A stretch of 64,000 nt of DNA from Acidobacteriota bacterium (GCA_040755995.1 JBFMAF010000037.1:128001-192000); one strand, 5' to 3'. Positions 9,254 through 19,319 are shown, numbered from the stretch's first letter. The notes: generated from the letters alone by a model not told the origin. Numbers and translations: made by a program.

Positions 9254-11482
9254 CTACCGCCTGACGATCTCGATCCCGGTGTAATAGCTCTTGAGGATCT
9301 CCCGGTAGTCGGCGCCGCGGAGCGCCATGCCGTAGGCGCCGACCTGGCAGAGTCCGACGCCGTGGCCCCAGCCTTTCCCGGTGAACTGGAAACCTGAAAT
9401 CTTCCCGTCGCCGCCGTAGACGCGGTCGATCAGGAACAGGTTGTCTCTCAGTCCAAGGGCCCAGCGGATCTTGATCCCTCGAAGCACGACGTTTCCTTCG
9501 GTGCCCTTCACTAGAAGCTCGGTAACGCGCTGGGATTCGCCGGTGCCCGTGACCTCGAGGTCGATCAGCCGCCCGTAAGCATAGTTGCGCGCGAGACGCT
9601 TGTCGAGGTCATCGATGGAAGTTCTCACGTCCCAGCGATAGTATTTCGACGCCCGATCGCTTCCGGCTCCGTCCAGAGGATCGATGAAAAGCACTCCGGC
9701 CTCTCCGCTCCCGTTCAGCACGTATCGCACCTGCTCGCCACCGATCAGGACCGCGCGCCGGACCTGAACGGCAGGACTGCCTGAACGGAAGATGGCCATG
9801 TCGGCCGCGGCCTTGCTGTACCTCTGCCCGGTCCCAACCTGGAGCTCCAGGCCCTGTGCCTTCGCACCCAGAAACGTTGCGGCTTGCAGCGGGTTCTCCG
9901 CCGTTTGTACCAAACCGTAGAGGAGTTGAACGAGCTGGCGGCGCGTGGGTGGAGCGTCCGAACCCAGGATCGTCTCGTTGCGAGGAGTCAACCACTTCTC
10001 GTTGAGCACGTATGCGATCGACCTTCGATCCGCCGGATCGATCGAGCCTGCGTCCTGGAAGCTCGACAGCACCAAATCCACATCGCGCGCCGGAATGAGC
10101 ATATCGCGACGCCCCGTCCACCCGAAGCGGGTAAGGACGTATGTCACGAGCGGACCGATTCGATCGATCCCGGTGGGTTCCATGCCCACACCGGTGCGAT
10201 GGCACGCCGCGATCGCCCGCTCGACCCAGCCCGCGATCTCATCCGTGCTAGCGGGCGAATCCAGATCAGCGCCGGCTGCATCCATGACGCCCAGGCACCG
10301 TAAGACGGCCAGCGCCGGGCTCAGGTGATCTTCAAGCGGCTGCAAGCCCGACAGCAGCTCGAACTCCTGAATGCGTTCAGGATAGCACTGGACGGGGCGC
10401 AGGTACGGCGCGCCGCGCCCTTCGAAGACCTTCTCGGCTGCCTCCGTAGAGCCTCCACAGGTGGACGTGTACATCGCGTTGATGAGCTCGCCCTTGTACA
10501 CCGCAACCTCGCCCGCAGTCGCGCGCACCGCTTCGTCCGAGAGCGGATTCTCGCTCGACGCGCCCTCGTACACCTGGCACACAGCCGTGGCGCATATGTC
10601 GTAGCCCTCGAACTGGTCCATGTTCTTCAGCGCATATGTCCTGGCTGCGACCGCCTGCGCCTTCAACGCCTCGAGCTGCGGGAACGACGCGGGCGAGAGC
10701 TCGTTCGGCACCACACCGCGCAGATAGTCCTCGATGTTGAGCACGTTTATCGCACTCAGCCGGCTGCTGCTGTTGACACAGATCTTGAGAACGCCGCGGT
10801 ATCGCTTCGAGCCGATCTGGATCATCGGTTCAGCGGTCGACGGGACGAGGTAGATCGTGCCGTCCTCGACGTGCTCGTAGAGCCGGCGGTTGACTACCAA
10901 CCGGAGTCCCTTCTCGTATGCGCCTCTGTACGATTCCTCCTGCACGAAGCAATCCGGGTACCCATTGGCGGCGAGGAACTCCTGTGCCTTCTCCGCCTCG
11001 GCCTCGCCCGCGAACGGTCCGGCTCGAACGTGGTACACGGGGGACCGGTTGGGGTCGGAAGGCCGTAGCGCGGCGACCTCGTTGACAAACGCCCTGATCG
11101 CAGCGTCCTTCTCGATCTGGCTGGCGACCGCGGCCGCGTCTTCAGCCCTGGCGAACGAGCCGACCTGGACGGAGTAGCGGAGATGGGCCCCCCTCAGGAG
11201 CGCCTCGGCCGACAGCTCCGCATAGATCGGGCCGGAGACCTCACCGAGATACTTCTGCCCCGACGATCCCTGCCACATCTGCACCTTGCCCAGCGCCACG
11301 ACATCCAGGCTCCTGTAATCGGTGCCCAGGCCTACCCGCACGAATGGTTCGTCGAGCTTCCATTGCGTGGGCGGCGCAGCGGGTTGCGGTTTGACACTAG
11401 GCGGCCCGCATGATTGTGATCCCAACAAGAGTACGCCGCCCGCCAGTCCGACGAGCGGCGAATATCTGAAAAAGAAACGCAT
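9254..11482 (-). CDS. SpoIID/LytB-domain lytic transglycosylase with SPOR domain, probable lipoprotein
   Basis: YSVQVGSF (SPOR), EDYLRGVVPNE, ALKAQAVAARTYA, GKGWGHGVGLCQVGA. Confidence 0.9.
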   Translation of the reverse strand: MRFFFRYSPLVGLAGGVLLLGSQSCGPPSVKPQPAAPPTQWKLDEPFVRVGLGTDYRSLDVVALGKVQMWQGSSGQKYLGEVSGPIYAELSAEALLRGAHLRYSVQVGSFARAEDAAAVASQIEKDAAIRAFVNEVAALRPSDPNRSPVYHVRAGPFAGEAEAEKAQEFLAANGYPDCFVQEESYRGAYEKGLRLVVNRRLYEHVEDGTIYLVPSTAEPMIQIGSKRYRGVLKICVNSSSRLSAINVLNIEDYLRGVVPNELSPASFPQLEALKAQAVAARTYALKNMDQFEGYDICATAVCQVYEGASSENPLSDEAVRATAGEVAVYKGELINAMYTSTCGGSTEAAEKVFEGRGAPYLRPVQCYPERIQEFELLSGLQPLEDHLSPALAVLRCLGVMDAAGADLDSPASTDEIAGWVERAIAACHRTGVGMEPTGIDRIGPLVTYVLTRFGWTGRRDMLIPARDVDLVLSSFQDAGSIDPADRRSIAYVLNEKWLTPRNETILGSDAPPTRRQLVQLLYGLVQTAENPLQAATFLGAKAQGLELQVGTGQRYSKAAADMAIFRSGSPAVQVRRAVLIGGEQVRYVLNGSGEAGVLFIDPLDGAGSDRASKYYRWDVRTSIDDLDKRLARNYAYGRLIDLEVTGTGESQRVTELLVKGTEGNVVLRGIKIRWALGLRDNLFLIDRVYGGDGKISGFQFTGKGWGHGVGLCQVGAYGMALRGADYREILKSYYTGIEIVRR

Positions 11483-11485
11483 TTG

Positions 11486-12505
11486 TCAGTCCTCTGGATA
11501 CAGGTTGTAGTAGAAGGTGAATCGAGCGGGCAGATTGGCCCTCGGGAACCCCTTGGGCAGCGGAGGCAGCGGGTGCGACGACCGGATGGCGTTCAGAGCT
11601 GCGGAGTCCATGCTGATGATGTCGCTCGAACGCTGGACCTCCGAAAAGCTGATGCTCCCGTCCTTCTCGATCACCAGCTCGATCGCGACGATTCCTTTCA
11701 TGCCCATGTAGGCGGCCGTCGGGATGACCCAGTTGCTCTTCACCTTCAGCTTCACCAGCTCGGCCCACTCGCTGAGGTCGAACCCGCCGCTGTCGAAGGC
11801 GAACGAGGCGTCGCCCGAGAGGAGACGCGAAGAGGTCGTCCCGGGCCCTGTACCGCGGCCGGAGCCCTGTGGCAAGTACTTGCCGAGATTGTCGAGCGAT
11901 GAGCTGAACGGCCTGTCGCCGCGCCCGGATGGGGCAACGAGCCTCTCGCCCGGAGCGAGAGGCGACTCACGATCTTTCTGCGCCTCAGTCGACTTGGGTG
12001 GCGGGGGCGGTGGAGGCGGCTGGCCCCCAGGCATGTCGGACGGTGTTGCGGAACTCGGAGGCGCCGGAGGCAGGCCCGCCTGATTACGATCGGTCCTGGG
12101 ACCGGGCTTCTGAAAACGGAGCGGCGGCAACGGCTCTCGCGGCTTCACCTCCGGGGCGGGCCGCTTCAGATGGAGCACCAGCGCACCCTTCTGCGGCTCC
12201 GGCACTGCGCGCGGTCTCATTTGCAGTATTGCGGCGAATAGAATCGCATGCACCAGAACCGAAATGAGCAGGAACTTCTCCTGGCGCGTGGCCCGCGTCC
12301 TGCCTCCCCGTTCATCCTGCAAACGCCGGAGCGTAGACCGCGTCCATACTGCTCCCGTGAACAGCTCAGTATCATCATCGCTCTTCGATGCGATTCGTTC
12401 TTCACGCTGCCTGGCGGGCGGCCGATCGGTGCCGGACTCTGCACCAGCCGTCGTCTTGCCCGCATGCGTACCGGTAGACGACCAGCGAGCACCCTGCCCG
12501 GGCAT
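11486..12505 (-). CDS. TonB/TolA-like protein (TM, Pro-rich linker, TonB_C domain); start uncertain
   Basis: TM ISVLVHAILF, PPPPPPP linker, C-terminal IEKDGSI...SMDSAALNAIRSSHPLPPLP. Confidence 0.75.
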   Translation of the reverse strand: MPGQGARWSSTGTHAGKTTAGAESGTDRPPARQREERIASKSDDDTELFTGAVWTRSTLRRLQDERGGRTRATRQEKFLLISVLVHAILFAAILQMRPRAVPEPQKGALVLHLKRPAPEVKPREPLPPLRFQKPGPRTDRNQAGLPPAPPSSATPSDMPGGQPPPPPPPPKSTEAQKDRESPLAPGERLVAPSGRGDRPFSSSLDNLGKYLPQGSGRGTGPGTTSSRLLSGDASFAFDSGGFDLSEWAELVKLKVKSNWVIPTAAYMGMKGIVAIELVIEKDGSISFSEVQRSSDIISMDSAALNAIRSSHPLPPLPKGFPRANLPARFTFYYNLYPED

Positions 12506-12598
12506 CGAATTCGCCTGATCTCGCCCGAGGGTCAGCGACCCAAGGGCTTGATGGTCTGGACCTCCGCGCCGCCTAGGCTCTGTAGCTCTGCTCTCGCC

Positions 12599-13453
12599 CT
12601 ACTTGAAGAAGATCGTGAAGATCTGCACGCCCAGTTCGCGCTGATCTGTAGATCCCGGGACCATCTTCGCCGGCACGAACGTCTTGTCAGTCGATATGCG
12701 AATCTGGATCAAGTCTTCGGACCCCAATTGGTCGGCCGGGATCTGGTAGTACTTGGCGAATTCCGCCTCCTTCGGGACGAACTCCTCAATCAGGTTGTTC
12801 GCGATCTCGAGGCGGACCTTCTGGTCCGACACTACGTCCTTGTTGACCAGACCCTTGATATAGAGGATGGCGTTCTTCTTGGGGTTTCTCACGACGGCCA
12901 CAGCCTGCGGTCCAGTCCAACGCCATTTCTGGGTCATCTGCGGATTGGACTCCTCAGGGTTCCATCCCTCGGTGTACTGGATCTTCTCGGGTCCCTTCGG
13001 GTTGTATTTCAGGCTAAGATCCTTCTCGATGACGCGGTAGTTGGGCCCCTGCGGGTCGGCGGCATCATGAAGTCCCAATACGAGCCTTACCGGGATGCTC
13101 TCGTCGTCCGTGTCCGTGCGGACTATCGCCGGAATCAGGAACAGACGCGTATAGTTGACATCGTAGCCCTCCCTCCACTGAGAGGTGGGCAGCTCCGGAC
13201 GATGGTCATCCTGGAACAGAATCTTGTTGTTCCGATCCAGAAAATGGACGTAGACCTGCAGGTCCTTGGGGATGGGCTTGAATCCCGGGTCGAGTTTCCA
13301 GTGGTAGGTGACGTTGGACAGCGAGTTATCTTCTATCTCCGCGGGATTGAAATCCACGGTGACCGTTGCCTTGATCTGAGGCTTTGGCTTGCAGGATACG
13401 GCCAGCAACACCACACCAATCAGCCCTAGAACCTGAACACCTCTTCTTCTCAT
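12599..13453 (-). CDS. Hypothetical lipoprotein
   Basis: AGGAGG RBS before ATG 13453; lipobox LAVSC; VYVHF...QDDH and GWNPEE...WRWT motifs. Confidence 0.75.
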   Translation of the reverse strand: MRRRGVQVLGLIGVVLLAVSCKPKPQIKATVTVDFNPAEIEDNSLSNVTYHWKLDPGFKPIPKDLQVYVHFLDRNNKILFQDDHRPELPTSQWREGYDVNYTRLFLIPAIVRTDTDDESIPVRLVLGLHDAADPQGPNYRVIEKDLSLKYNPKGPEKIQYTEGWNPEESNPQMTQKWRWTGPQAVAVVRNPKKNAILYIKGLVNKDVVSDQKVRLEIANNLIEEFVPKEAEFAKYYQIPADQLGSEDLIQIRISTDKTFVPAKMVPGSTDQRELGVQIFTIFFK

Positions 13454-13482
13454 GTGTTCACACCTCCTGTTCAAAAGCGTGG

Positions 13483-13511
13483 ATCATATGCCTCCGAGGC
13501 CCGTGTGTCAA
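13483..13511 (-). promoter_or_regulatory. sigma70 promoter of the lipoprotein-TonB-SpoIID operon
   Basis: TTGACA (13511-13506), 17 nt spacer, TATGAT (13488-13483). Confidence 0.75.
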
Positions 13512-13628
13512 GCCGCGCGCGCCCCGTCTCGCGCATGAGCGCCGGGCCGCCCGCAATTCCTACGCCGCAATAGGCCGATGCGATGATAGGAACGCGTGTC
13601 CAGCGCAACGATCAACCCCAAAAAATTC

Positions 13629-13656
13629 TTGACAGGTTATGCGCCCCAGGTAGAAT
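13629..13656 (+). promoter_or_regulatory. sigma70 promoter of dsrTMKJOP
   Basis: A-tract, TTGACA, 16 nt spacer, TAGAAT. Confidence 0.7.
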
Positions 13657-13780
13657 GGGTGACTCGATGCGGAAAGGGGCGACGCAAGAATTGGGACGCA
13701 GTACTGTGCAGGCTCAGAGGATCGGGACGGGTGGTGCGCGTGGCTCCCTGGAGCGTCCCGGCGGATCCTGAGCGAAGCCC

Positions 13781-14326
13781 GTGGGACTGCAGGCCTGGCT
13801 CACCGAAAGGCGAGCCGCGATTCTGCTGAGATGGCACCGCCACCTCCTGGAGTCCTACCCGCAGGATTTCGTGAGATTCCTGGACCAGGAGAAGGACCGG
13901 TTTCGCAACCCGGTCGGGCACGTGCTCGCGCAGGCCATCGAAGCTCTATGGGACGGGCTCCTCGGCGGCGCGCGCGCCACTGACCTGCGAACGGCGGTGG
14001 ACGGCCTGGTCCGCGTCCGCGCGGTCCAGGATTTCTCTGCATCACAGGCCGTGGGCTTCGTATTCGGACTGAAGCAGATCATCCGGTCCCAGCCTGACCT
14101 GCAATTACAGGACGCAGCATTTGTCCGAGAGCTGTTCGAGTTCGAGTCGCGAATCGATGAGATCGGATTCCTGGCCTTCGATATCTACATGGAGTGCCGG
14201 GAGAAGACGTACGCAATCAAGGCGGAGGAGATGAAGCGGCGAACCTACAAGCTGCTGGAGAGAATGAACCGGATCTACCCTGACCTCGACAAGGACTTAT
14301 CACCCCCATCTGATAGCTCAACATAG
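13781..14326 (+). CDS. dsrT: DsrT (RsbRD N-terminal domain protein)
   Basis: DRFRNPVG, RVRAVQDFSASQAVGF, AFDIYMECRE; lies directly upstream of dsrM. Confidence 0.88.
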   Translation: MGLQAWLTERRAAILLRWHRHLLESYPQDFVRFLDQEKDRFRNPVGHVLAQAIEALWDGLLGGARATDLRTAVDGLVRVRAVQDFSASQAVGFVFGLKQIIRSQPDLQLQDAAFVRELFEFESRIDEIGFLAFDIYMECREKTYAIKAEEMKRRTYKLLERMNRIYPDLDKDLSPPSDSST

Positions 14327-14343
14327 AAGCGAGGAGTTAGCCG

Positions 14344-15345
14344 ATGAAGATCTTGTATTCGTTCATCGCGGTCGTTGCCCTGGTGCTGCTCGCATGGTTG
14401 GGCGCGGGTGTGGCACAACTGAGCGTCTTCTTCGGAGTCGTGATTCCCTATGCCGCTGCAATCATCTTCATTGTCGGCGTAGTGTATCGCGTCCTGAAGT
14501 GGGCGCGCTCACCCGTGCCGTTCCGTATCCCTACTACCTGCGGGCAGCAGAAATCACTGCCGTGGATCAAGTCGAGTTACCTGGAGAGTCCGCACAACAC
14601 CCTGGGTGTCGTTGGGCGGATGGCTTTGGAGATCCTGACCTTCCGTTCGCTGTTCAGGAACACCAAAGCCGAGCTGAAGGAAGGTCCCAGGCTGGTATAC
14701 GGAGCGGACAAGTTTCTGTGGGCCGGAGCCCTGGCCTTCCACTACTCGTTCCTCGTCGTCTTTCTGCGTCACTACCGGTTCTTCACCGAACCCGTACCGG
14801 CGTTCGTGGCGCTGCTCCAGAACATCGACGGATTCTTCCAGGTAGGTGTACCGGCCCTTTACGTCACAAACATCGTCATCGTGGCCGCACTGGGATACCT
14901 GTTCCTCAGACGGCTTGCGAATCCGCAGGTCCGCTACATCTCCCTTGTGGCCGACTACTTCGCGCTGTTCCTGCTGCTAGGAGTGGCCGTCTCGGGAATC
15001 CTGATGCGGTACTTCTACAAAGTCGACATCGTGGCCGTGAAAGAGCTGGTCATGGGGCTGATGGGCCTCAAGCCGGCCGTTCCCGCGGGCATCGGCGCCA
15101 TTCTCTATGTCCATCTGTTCCTGGTCAGCGTGCTGTGGGCGTACTTCCCGTTCAGCAAGCTGATGCACATGGCGGGTGTTTTCCTGAGCCCGACGAGGAA
15201 TCTGGCCAACAACAACCGCATGGTAAGACACATCAATCCGTGGAACCCCCCGGTGAAGGTCCACACTTACGAGGAGTGGGAGGACGAGTTCAGGGATCTG
15301 ATGAAGCACGCGCACTACAAGCCGGAAGCATTTGAGAAGGAGTGA
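14344..15345 (+). CDS. dsrM: DsrM, membrane b-type cytochrome (NarI family)
   Basis: PVPFRIPTTCGQQKSL, AFHYSF, LRHYRFF, HLFLV, PFSKLMH, PTRNLANNNR. Confidence 0.95.
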   Translation: MKILYSFIAVVALVLLAWLGAGVAQLSVFFGVVIPYAAAIIFIVGVVYRVLKWARSPVPFRIPTTCGQQKSLPWIKSSYLESPHNTLGVVGRMALEILTFRSLFRNTKAELKEGPRLVYGADKFLWAGALAFHYSFLVVFLRHYRFFTEPVPAFVALLQNIDGFFQVGVPALYVTNIVIVAALGYLFLRRLANPQVRYISLVADYFALFLLLGVAVSGILMRYFYKVDIVAVKELVMGLMGLKPAVPAGIGAILYVHLFLVSVLWAYFPFSKLMHMAGVFLSPTRNLANNNRMVRHINPWNPPVKVHTYEEWEDEFRDLMKHAHYKPEAFEKE

Positions 15346-16955
15346 CCATGTCGAAGATGCAGACTCCTGAACAACTAGCGAAAATCGACTACCAGCCGCC
15401 CAAGCGCGACTGGATGGACACAAAACCCGAATTCCGGAAGGGAACCTACTGCTACAGCGGCCTCCACTCGAAGCTGGAGTACCTGGAGCAGCCCAATCCG
15501 CGTGAGTGGCAGCCGCACGACGCCGACTGGAAGCTGCCGCCGAACTGGCAGGAGATCGTCCTGAAGGGATTCGGCGACCGGCTCAGCAAGTACCGTTCGC
15601 TGCAGCTCTTCATGGACATCTGCGTCAGGTGCGGTGCGTGCGCCGACAAGTGCCATTTCTACGCCGGGTCGGGCGACCCCAAGAACATGCCGGTGCTTCG
15701 AGCCGAGCTCCTGCGCTCGGTCTACAGGAAGCACTTCACGAACGCCGGCAAGATGCTGGGCAGGCTCGCGGGCGCGAGAGAGCTCACCCTCGACGTATTG
15801 AAAGAGTGGTTCTACTACTTCTATCAATGCACGGAGTGCCGGCGCTGCTCGGTGTTCTGCCCGTACGGAATCGACACGGCGGATATCACCATGATGGGTC
15901 GTGAGCTGCTCAACCTGGTCGGGTGCAACATCAACTGGGTCATGGAGCCGGTCGCGAATTGCTTCCGCACCGGCAACCACCTCGGCATCCAACCACACGC
16001 GTTCAAGGACAACGTGGATTTCGCCGCGCAGGACCTGGAGGAGATCACGGGGGTGCATGTTGAGGCGCCCATCAGCAAGAAGGGCGCCGAGGTGCTGGTC
16101 GTAGTACCTTCTGCGGACTACTTCGGCAATCCCCACTATTACACCTTCCTCGGCTATCTCGCGCTCTTCCACGAAATAGGACTCAGCTATACCTTCACGC
16201 CGTTCGCTTCCGAAGGCGGCAACTTCGGCCTGTTCGTATCCAGTGAGCTGATGAAGAGGCTCAACGCGAAGATCTACGCCGAGGCCAAACGGCTGAAGGT
16301 CAAGTGGATCATCGGCGCCGAGTGCGGCCACATGTGGCGCGTACTCCATCAGTATATGGATACCATGAACGGCCCGGCCGACTTCCTCGAAGTGCCAAAG
16401 TCGCCGATCACCGGTACGGTCTTCGAGAACGCCGCTTCGACCAAGATGGTCCACATCTCGGAGTTCACCGCGGACCTCATCAAGCACGGGAAGCTGAAGC
16501 TCGACCCGAGCCGGAACGACCACCTGAAGGTGACGTACCACGATTCGTGCAACCCGGCGCGCGCGATGGGACTGCTGGACGAGCCGCGCTACATCCTCAA
16601 GAGCGTCTGCAACAGTTTCTACGAGATGCCCGAAAACACGATCCGCGAACAGACGTTCTGCTGCGGCAGCGGCTCGGGGCTCGGCACCGACGAGAACCTG
16701 GAGATGAGGCTGCGCGGCGGCTTCCCGCGGGCCAACGCCGTGAAGTACGTTCACGACGTCCACGGCGTCAACATGCTGACCTGCATGTGCGCCATCGACA
16801 AGGCCACACTGGTACCGCTCCTGGAGTACTGGGTCCCGGGAGTCGACGTCGCCGGCGTCCACGAGCTGGTCGGCAATGCGCTCGTGATGAAAGGCGAGAA
16901 GGAACGCGACACCGACTTGCGCCAGAACCCGCTCGCTGGAAAGGAGGGCAAGTAG
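15342..16955 (+). CDS. dsrK: DsrK, HdrD-like Fe-S catalytic subunit
   Basis: CVRCGACADKCH, CTECRRCSVFCP, ECGH, HDSC, CCGSG, CMCAID. Confidence 0.95.
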   Translation: MTMSKMQTPEQLAKIDYQPPKRDWMDTKPEFRKGTYCYSGLHSKLEYLEQPNPREWQPHDADWKLPPNWQEIVLKGFGDRLSKYRSLQLFMDICVRCGACADKCHFYAGSGDPKNMPVLRAELLRSVYRKHFTNAGKMLGRLAGARELTLDVLKEWFYYFYQCTECRRCSVFCPYGIDTADITMMGRELLNLVGCNINWVMEPVANCFRTGNHLGIQPHAFKDNVDFAAQDLEEITGVHVEAPISKKGAEVLVVVPSADYFGNPHYYTFLGYLALFHEIGLSYTFTPFASEGGNFGLFVSSELMKRLNAKIYAEAKRLKVKWIIGAECGHMWRVLHQYMDTMNGPADFLEVPKSPITGTVFENAASTKMVHISEFTADLIKHGKLKLDPSRNDHLKVTYHDSCNPARAMGLLDEPRYILKSVCNSFYEMPENTIREQTFCCGSGSGLGTDENLEMRLRGGFPRANAVKYVHDVHGVNMLTCMCAIDKATLVPLLEYWVPGVDVAGVHELVGNALVMKGEKERDTDLRQNPLAGKEGK

Positions 16956-17339
16956 ATGTACGACGCTGGAAAGATCGTTCCCGGTCTGGTCATCTTCCTC
17001 GCCCTGGTCACACTTCCCTTCTGGTACAACGCCGCGATGGGAAAGACCGCCTACAAGCCCGAGCCCAAGCTTCCCACGACCGAGAAGCAGTGCATTGAGA
17101 GCCGCGAGGTGATGATCGATACCCACATGGACATGATCTACCAGTGGAGGGACAAGGTGGTCCGCGAGGGCCAGCGCGACCACACGGCCTCCGATGGGAA
17201 GGTCTACAAGATGAGCCTCACGGGCACGTGCATGAAGTGCCACACCAGCAAGGTGCAGTTCTGCGATCAGTGCCACAACTACATGGATGTGAAACCTTAT
17301 TGCTGGGACTGTCACAACGCGCCCAAGGAGAACCAGTAA
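16956..17339 (+). CDS. dsrJ: DsrJ, triheme cytochrome c
   Basis: N-terminal anchor; CMKCH, CDQCH, CWDCH. Confidence 0.93.
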   Translation: MYDAGKIVPGLVIFLALVTLPFWYNAAMGKTAYKPEPKLPTTEKQCIESREVMIDTHMDMIYQWRDKVVREGQRDHTASDGKVYKMSLTGTCMKCHTSKVQFCDQCHNYMDVKPYCWDCHNAPKENQ

Positions 17340-18115
17340 TGAGCATCGACAGAAGACGTTTCCTGAAGATAGCCGGACTTACCGGTGTCGCTGGGCTCGC
17401 CATCAAGCGGGGGAGCGACGTGCTGTTGAGCGAGGAGCTGCCCGGTGCTTCGACACAACCGGCACAGCTCACAGCCAGGCGCTGGGCCATGGTGATCGAT
17501 CCGAAGAAGTGCCTGGAGAAGCCGGGCTGCACCGACTGCATCAAGGCGTGCCACTACTACCACAACGTGCCATCCATGGCGAACCCGAAGGACGAGATCA
17601 AGTGGATCTGGGAGGAGCCGTTCGAGCACGCGTTCCTGGACCAGGAAAACGAGTTCGCGCCGGAAAGTCTGAAGGAGCGGCCGATACTGGTCTTCTGCAA
17701 CCACTGCGACAAGCCGCCCTGCGTCCGGGTCTGCCCGACGAAAGCCACCTGGAAGCGTGAAGACGGCATCGTCATGATGGACTGGCACCGCTGCATCGGG
17801 TGCAGATACTGCATGGTCGCCTGCCCCTACGGATCGCGAAGCTTCAACTGGCGCGATCCCCGGCCGTTCGTCAAGGAGGTCTACCTCGACTTCCCGACGC
17901 GGACGCGAGGTGTGGTGGAGAAATGCAACTTCTGCGAAGAGCGCCTGGCCAAAGGCTTGCTCCCCGCCTGCGTCGATGCATGCAAGCAGAAGGCGCTGGT
18001 GTTCGGGGACCTGGAGGAGGAGCACTCGGAGGTGCGCGAGCTCCTGCGCGCGCGCTTCAGCATCCGCCGCAAGCCGATCCTGGGGACCTCCCCTCAACTC
18101 TACTACCTAGTATGA
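17339..18115 (+). CDS. dsrO: DsrO, periplasmic polyferredoxin (NrfC family)
   Basis: ATG 17339 overlaps the dsrJ TAA; Tat motif DRRRFLK; CNHCDKPPCVRVCP, CIGCRYCMVACP, CNFC. Confidence 0.93.
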   Translation: MSIDRRRFLKIAGLTGVAGLAIKRGSDVLLSEELPGASTQPAQLTARRWAMVIDPKKCLEKPGCTDCIKACHYYHNVPSMANPKDEIKWIWEEPFEHAFLDQENEFAPESLKERPILVFCNHCDKPPCVRVCPTKATWKREDGIVMMDWHRCIGCRYCMVACPYGSRSFNWRDPRPFVKEVYLDFPTRTRGVVEKCNFCEERLAKGLLPACVDACKQKALVFGDLEEEHSEVRELLRARFSIRRKPILGTSPQLYYLV

Positions 18116-18122
18116 GGAGCCC

Positions 18123-19295
18123 ATGTTAGAAAAAGCACTCAAAGGTGACCGTCGTTACTGGACCTGGATTTTCGCCCTGCTGGTCGTCATCGGCATCGGG
18201 TTCCTCTGCTACCTGTACCAGCTGAAGAACGGCCTGGGCATCACCGGCCTGAACCGTGATGTGACATGGGGCTTCTACATTGCTCAGTTCACCTTCCTGG
18301 TCGGCGTCGCCGCCTCCGCCGTCATGGTTGTTCTGCCGTACTACCTGCACAACGCGAAGGCGTTCGGCAAGCTCACGATCCTTGGCGAGTTTCTGGCTAT
18401 ATCCGCCGTCGCGATGTGCTCGTTGTTCATCTTCGTAGACATGGGGCAGCCGTTCAGGGTTCTCAACATCATGCTGCATCCCACGCCGAACTCGCTGATG
18501 TTCTGGGACATGATCAGCCTGATGGGATACCTCGTCCTGAACGTGATCATCAGCCGCATCACGCTTGACGCAGAGAAGAAGGGCCTTGCGCCGCCGGCTT
18601 GGATCAAGCCCATCATCATCCTCTCGATCCCGTGGGCTGTCAGCATCCACACGGTCACGGCCTTCCTGTATTCGGGCCTGGCCGCGCGACCCTTCTGGAT
18701 GACTGCGATTCTCGCCCCTCGGTTCCTCGCATCCGCGTTCTCGTCCGGTCCTTCGCTGCTTGTCCTGATGTGCCTGATCATCCGGAAGATCACGAAATTC
18801 GACCCCGGCAAGGAGCCGATCCAGAAGCTCGGAATCATCATCACCTACGCGATGACGATCAACGTGTTCTTCGTGCTCATGGAGTTCTTCACGGCGCTCT
18901 ACAGCAAGATGCCCGAGCATGTCAGCCACTTCGAGTACCTCTACTTCGGGCTCGAGGGCCGAGCGCGCCTGGTGCCCTGGATGTGGACATCGGCGGCACT
19001 GTCTATCCTGGCCCTGATTCTCCTGCTCAATCCCAAGACCAGGCACCAGGAGAAGTTCCTCGCCACGGCCTGCGTCGCGGTCTTCATCGCCATCTGGATC
19101 GAGAAGGGCCTCGGCATGGTGGTCACGGGCTTCATCCCGTCGCCGCTCGGCAACGTCACCGAGTACTGGCCGACCGCCCCGGAGCTCGGCATCAGCTTCG
19201 GCGTCTACGCCATCGGCTTCCTCCTGATCACAGTCTTCTACAAGATCGCGATTTCGGTGCGTGAGGAGCTCGGCGGAGTCGAAGTGGCCCACTGA
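18123..19295 (+). CDS. dsrP: DsrP, NrfD-family membrane protein
   Basis: TGLNRDVTWGFYIAQFTFLVGVAASA, WAVSIHTVTAFL; multiple TMs. Confidence 0.93.
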   Translation: MLEKALKGDRRYWTWIFALLVVIGIGFLCYLYQLKNGLGITGLNRDVTWGFYIAQFTFLVGVAASAVMVVLPYYLHNAKAFGKLTILGEFLAISAVAMCSLFIFVDMGQPFRVLNIMLHPTPNSLMFWDMISLMGYLVLNVIISRITLDAEKKGLAPPAWIKPIIILSIPWAVSIHTVTAFLYSGLAARPFWMTAILAPRFLASAFSSGPSLLVLMCLIIRKITKFDPGKEPIQKLGIIITYAMTINVFFVLMEFFTALYSKMPEHVSHFEYLYFGLEGRARLVPWMWTSAALSILALILLLNPKTRHQEKFLATACVAVFIAIWIEKGLGMVVTGFIPSPLGNVTEYWPTAPELGISFGVYAIGFLLITVFYKIAISVREELGGVEVAH

Positions 19296-19319
19296 CAAGG
19301 AGGGGAAAAGCGAAAGGGT

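Noticed and set aside
13769..13805. Selenocysteine readthrough of the in-frame TGA upstream of dsrT; the downstream TGCAGGCCTG resembles an fdhF-type SECIS loop
   Set aside because: The stem is weak and the spacing is off, the upstream peptide is not DsrT-like, and I know of no Cys/Sec position there.
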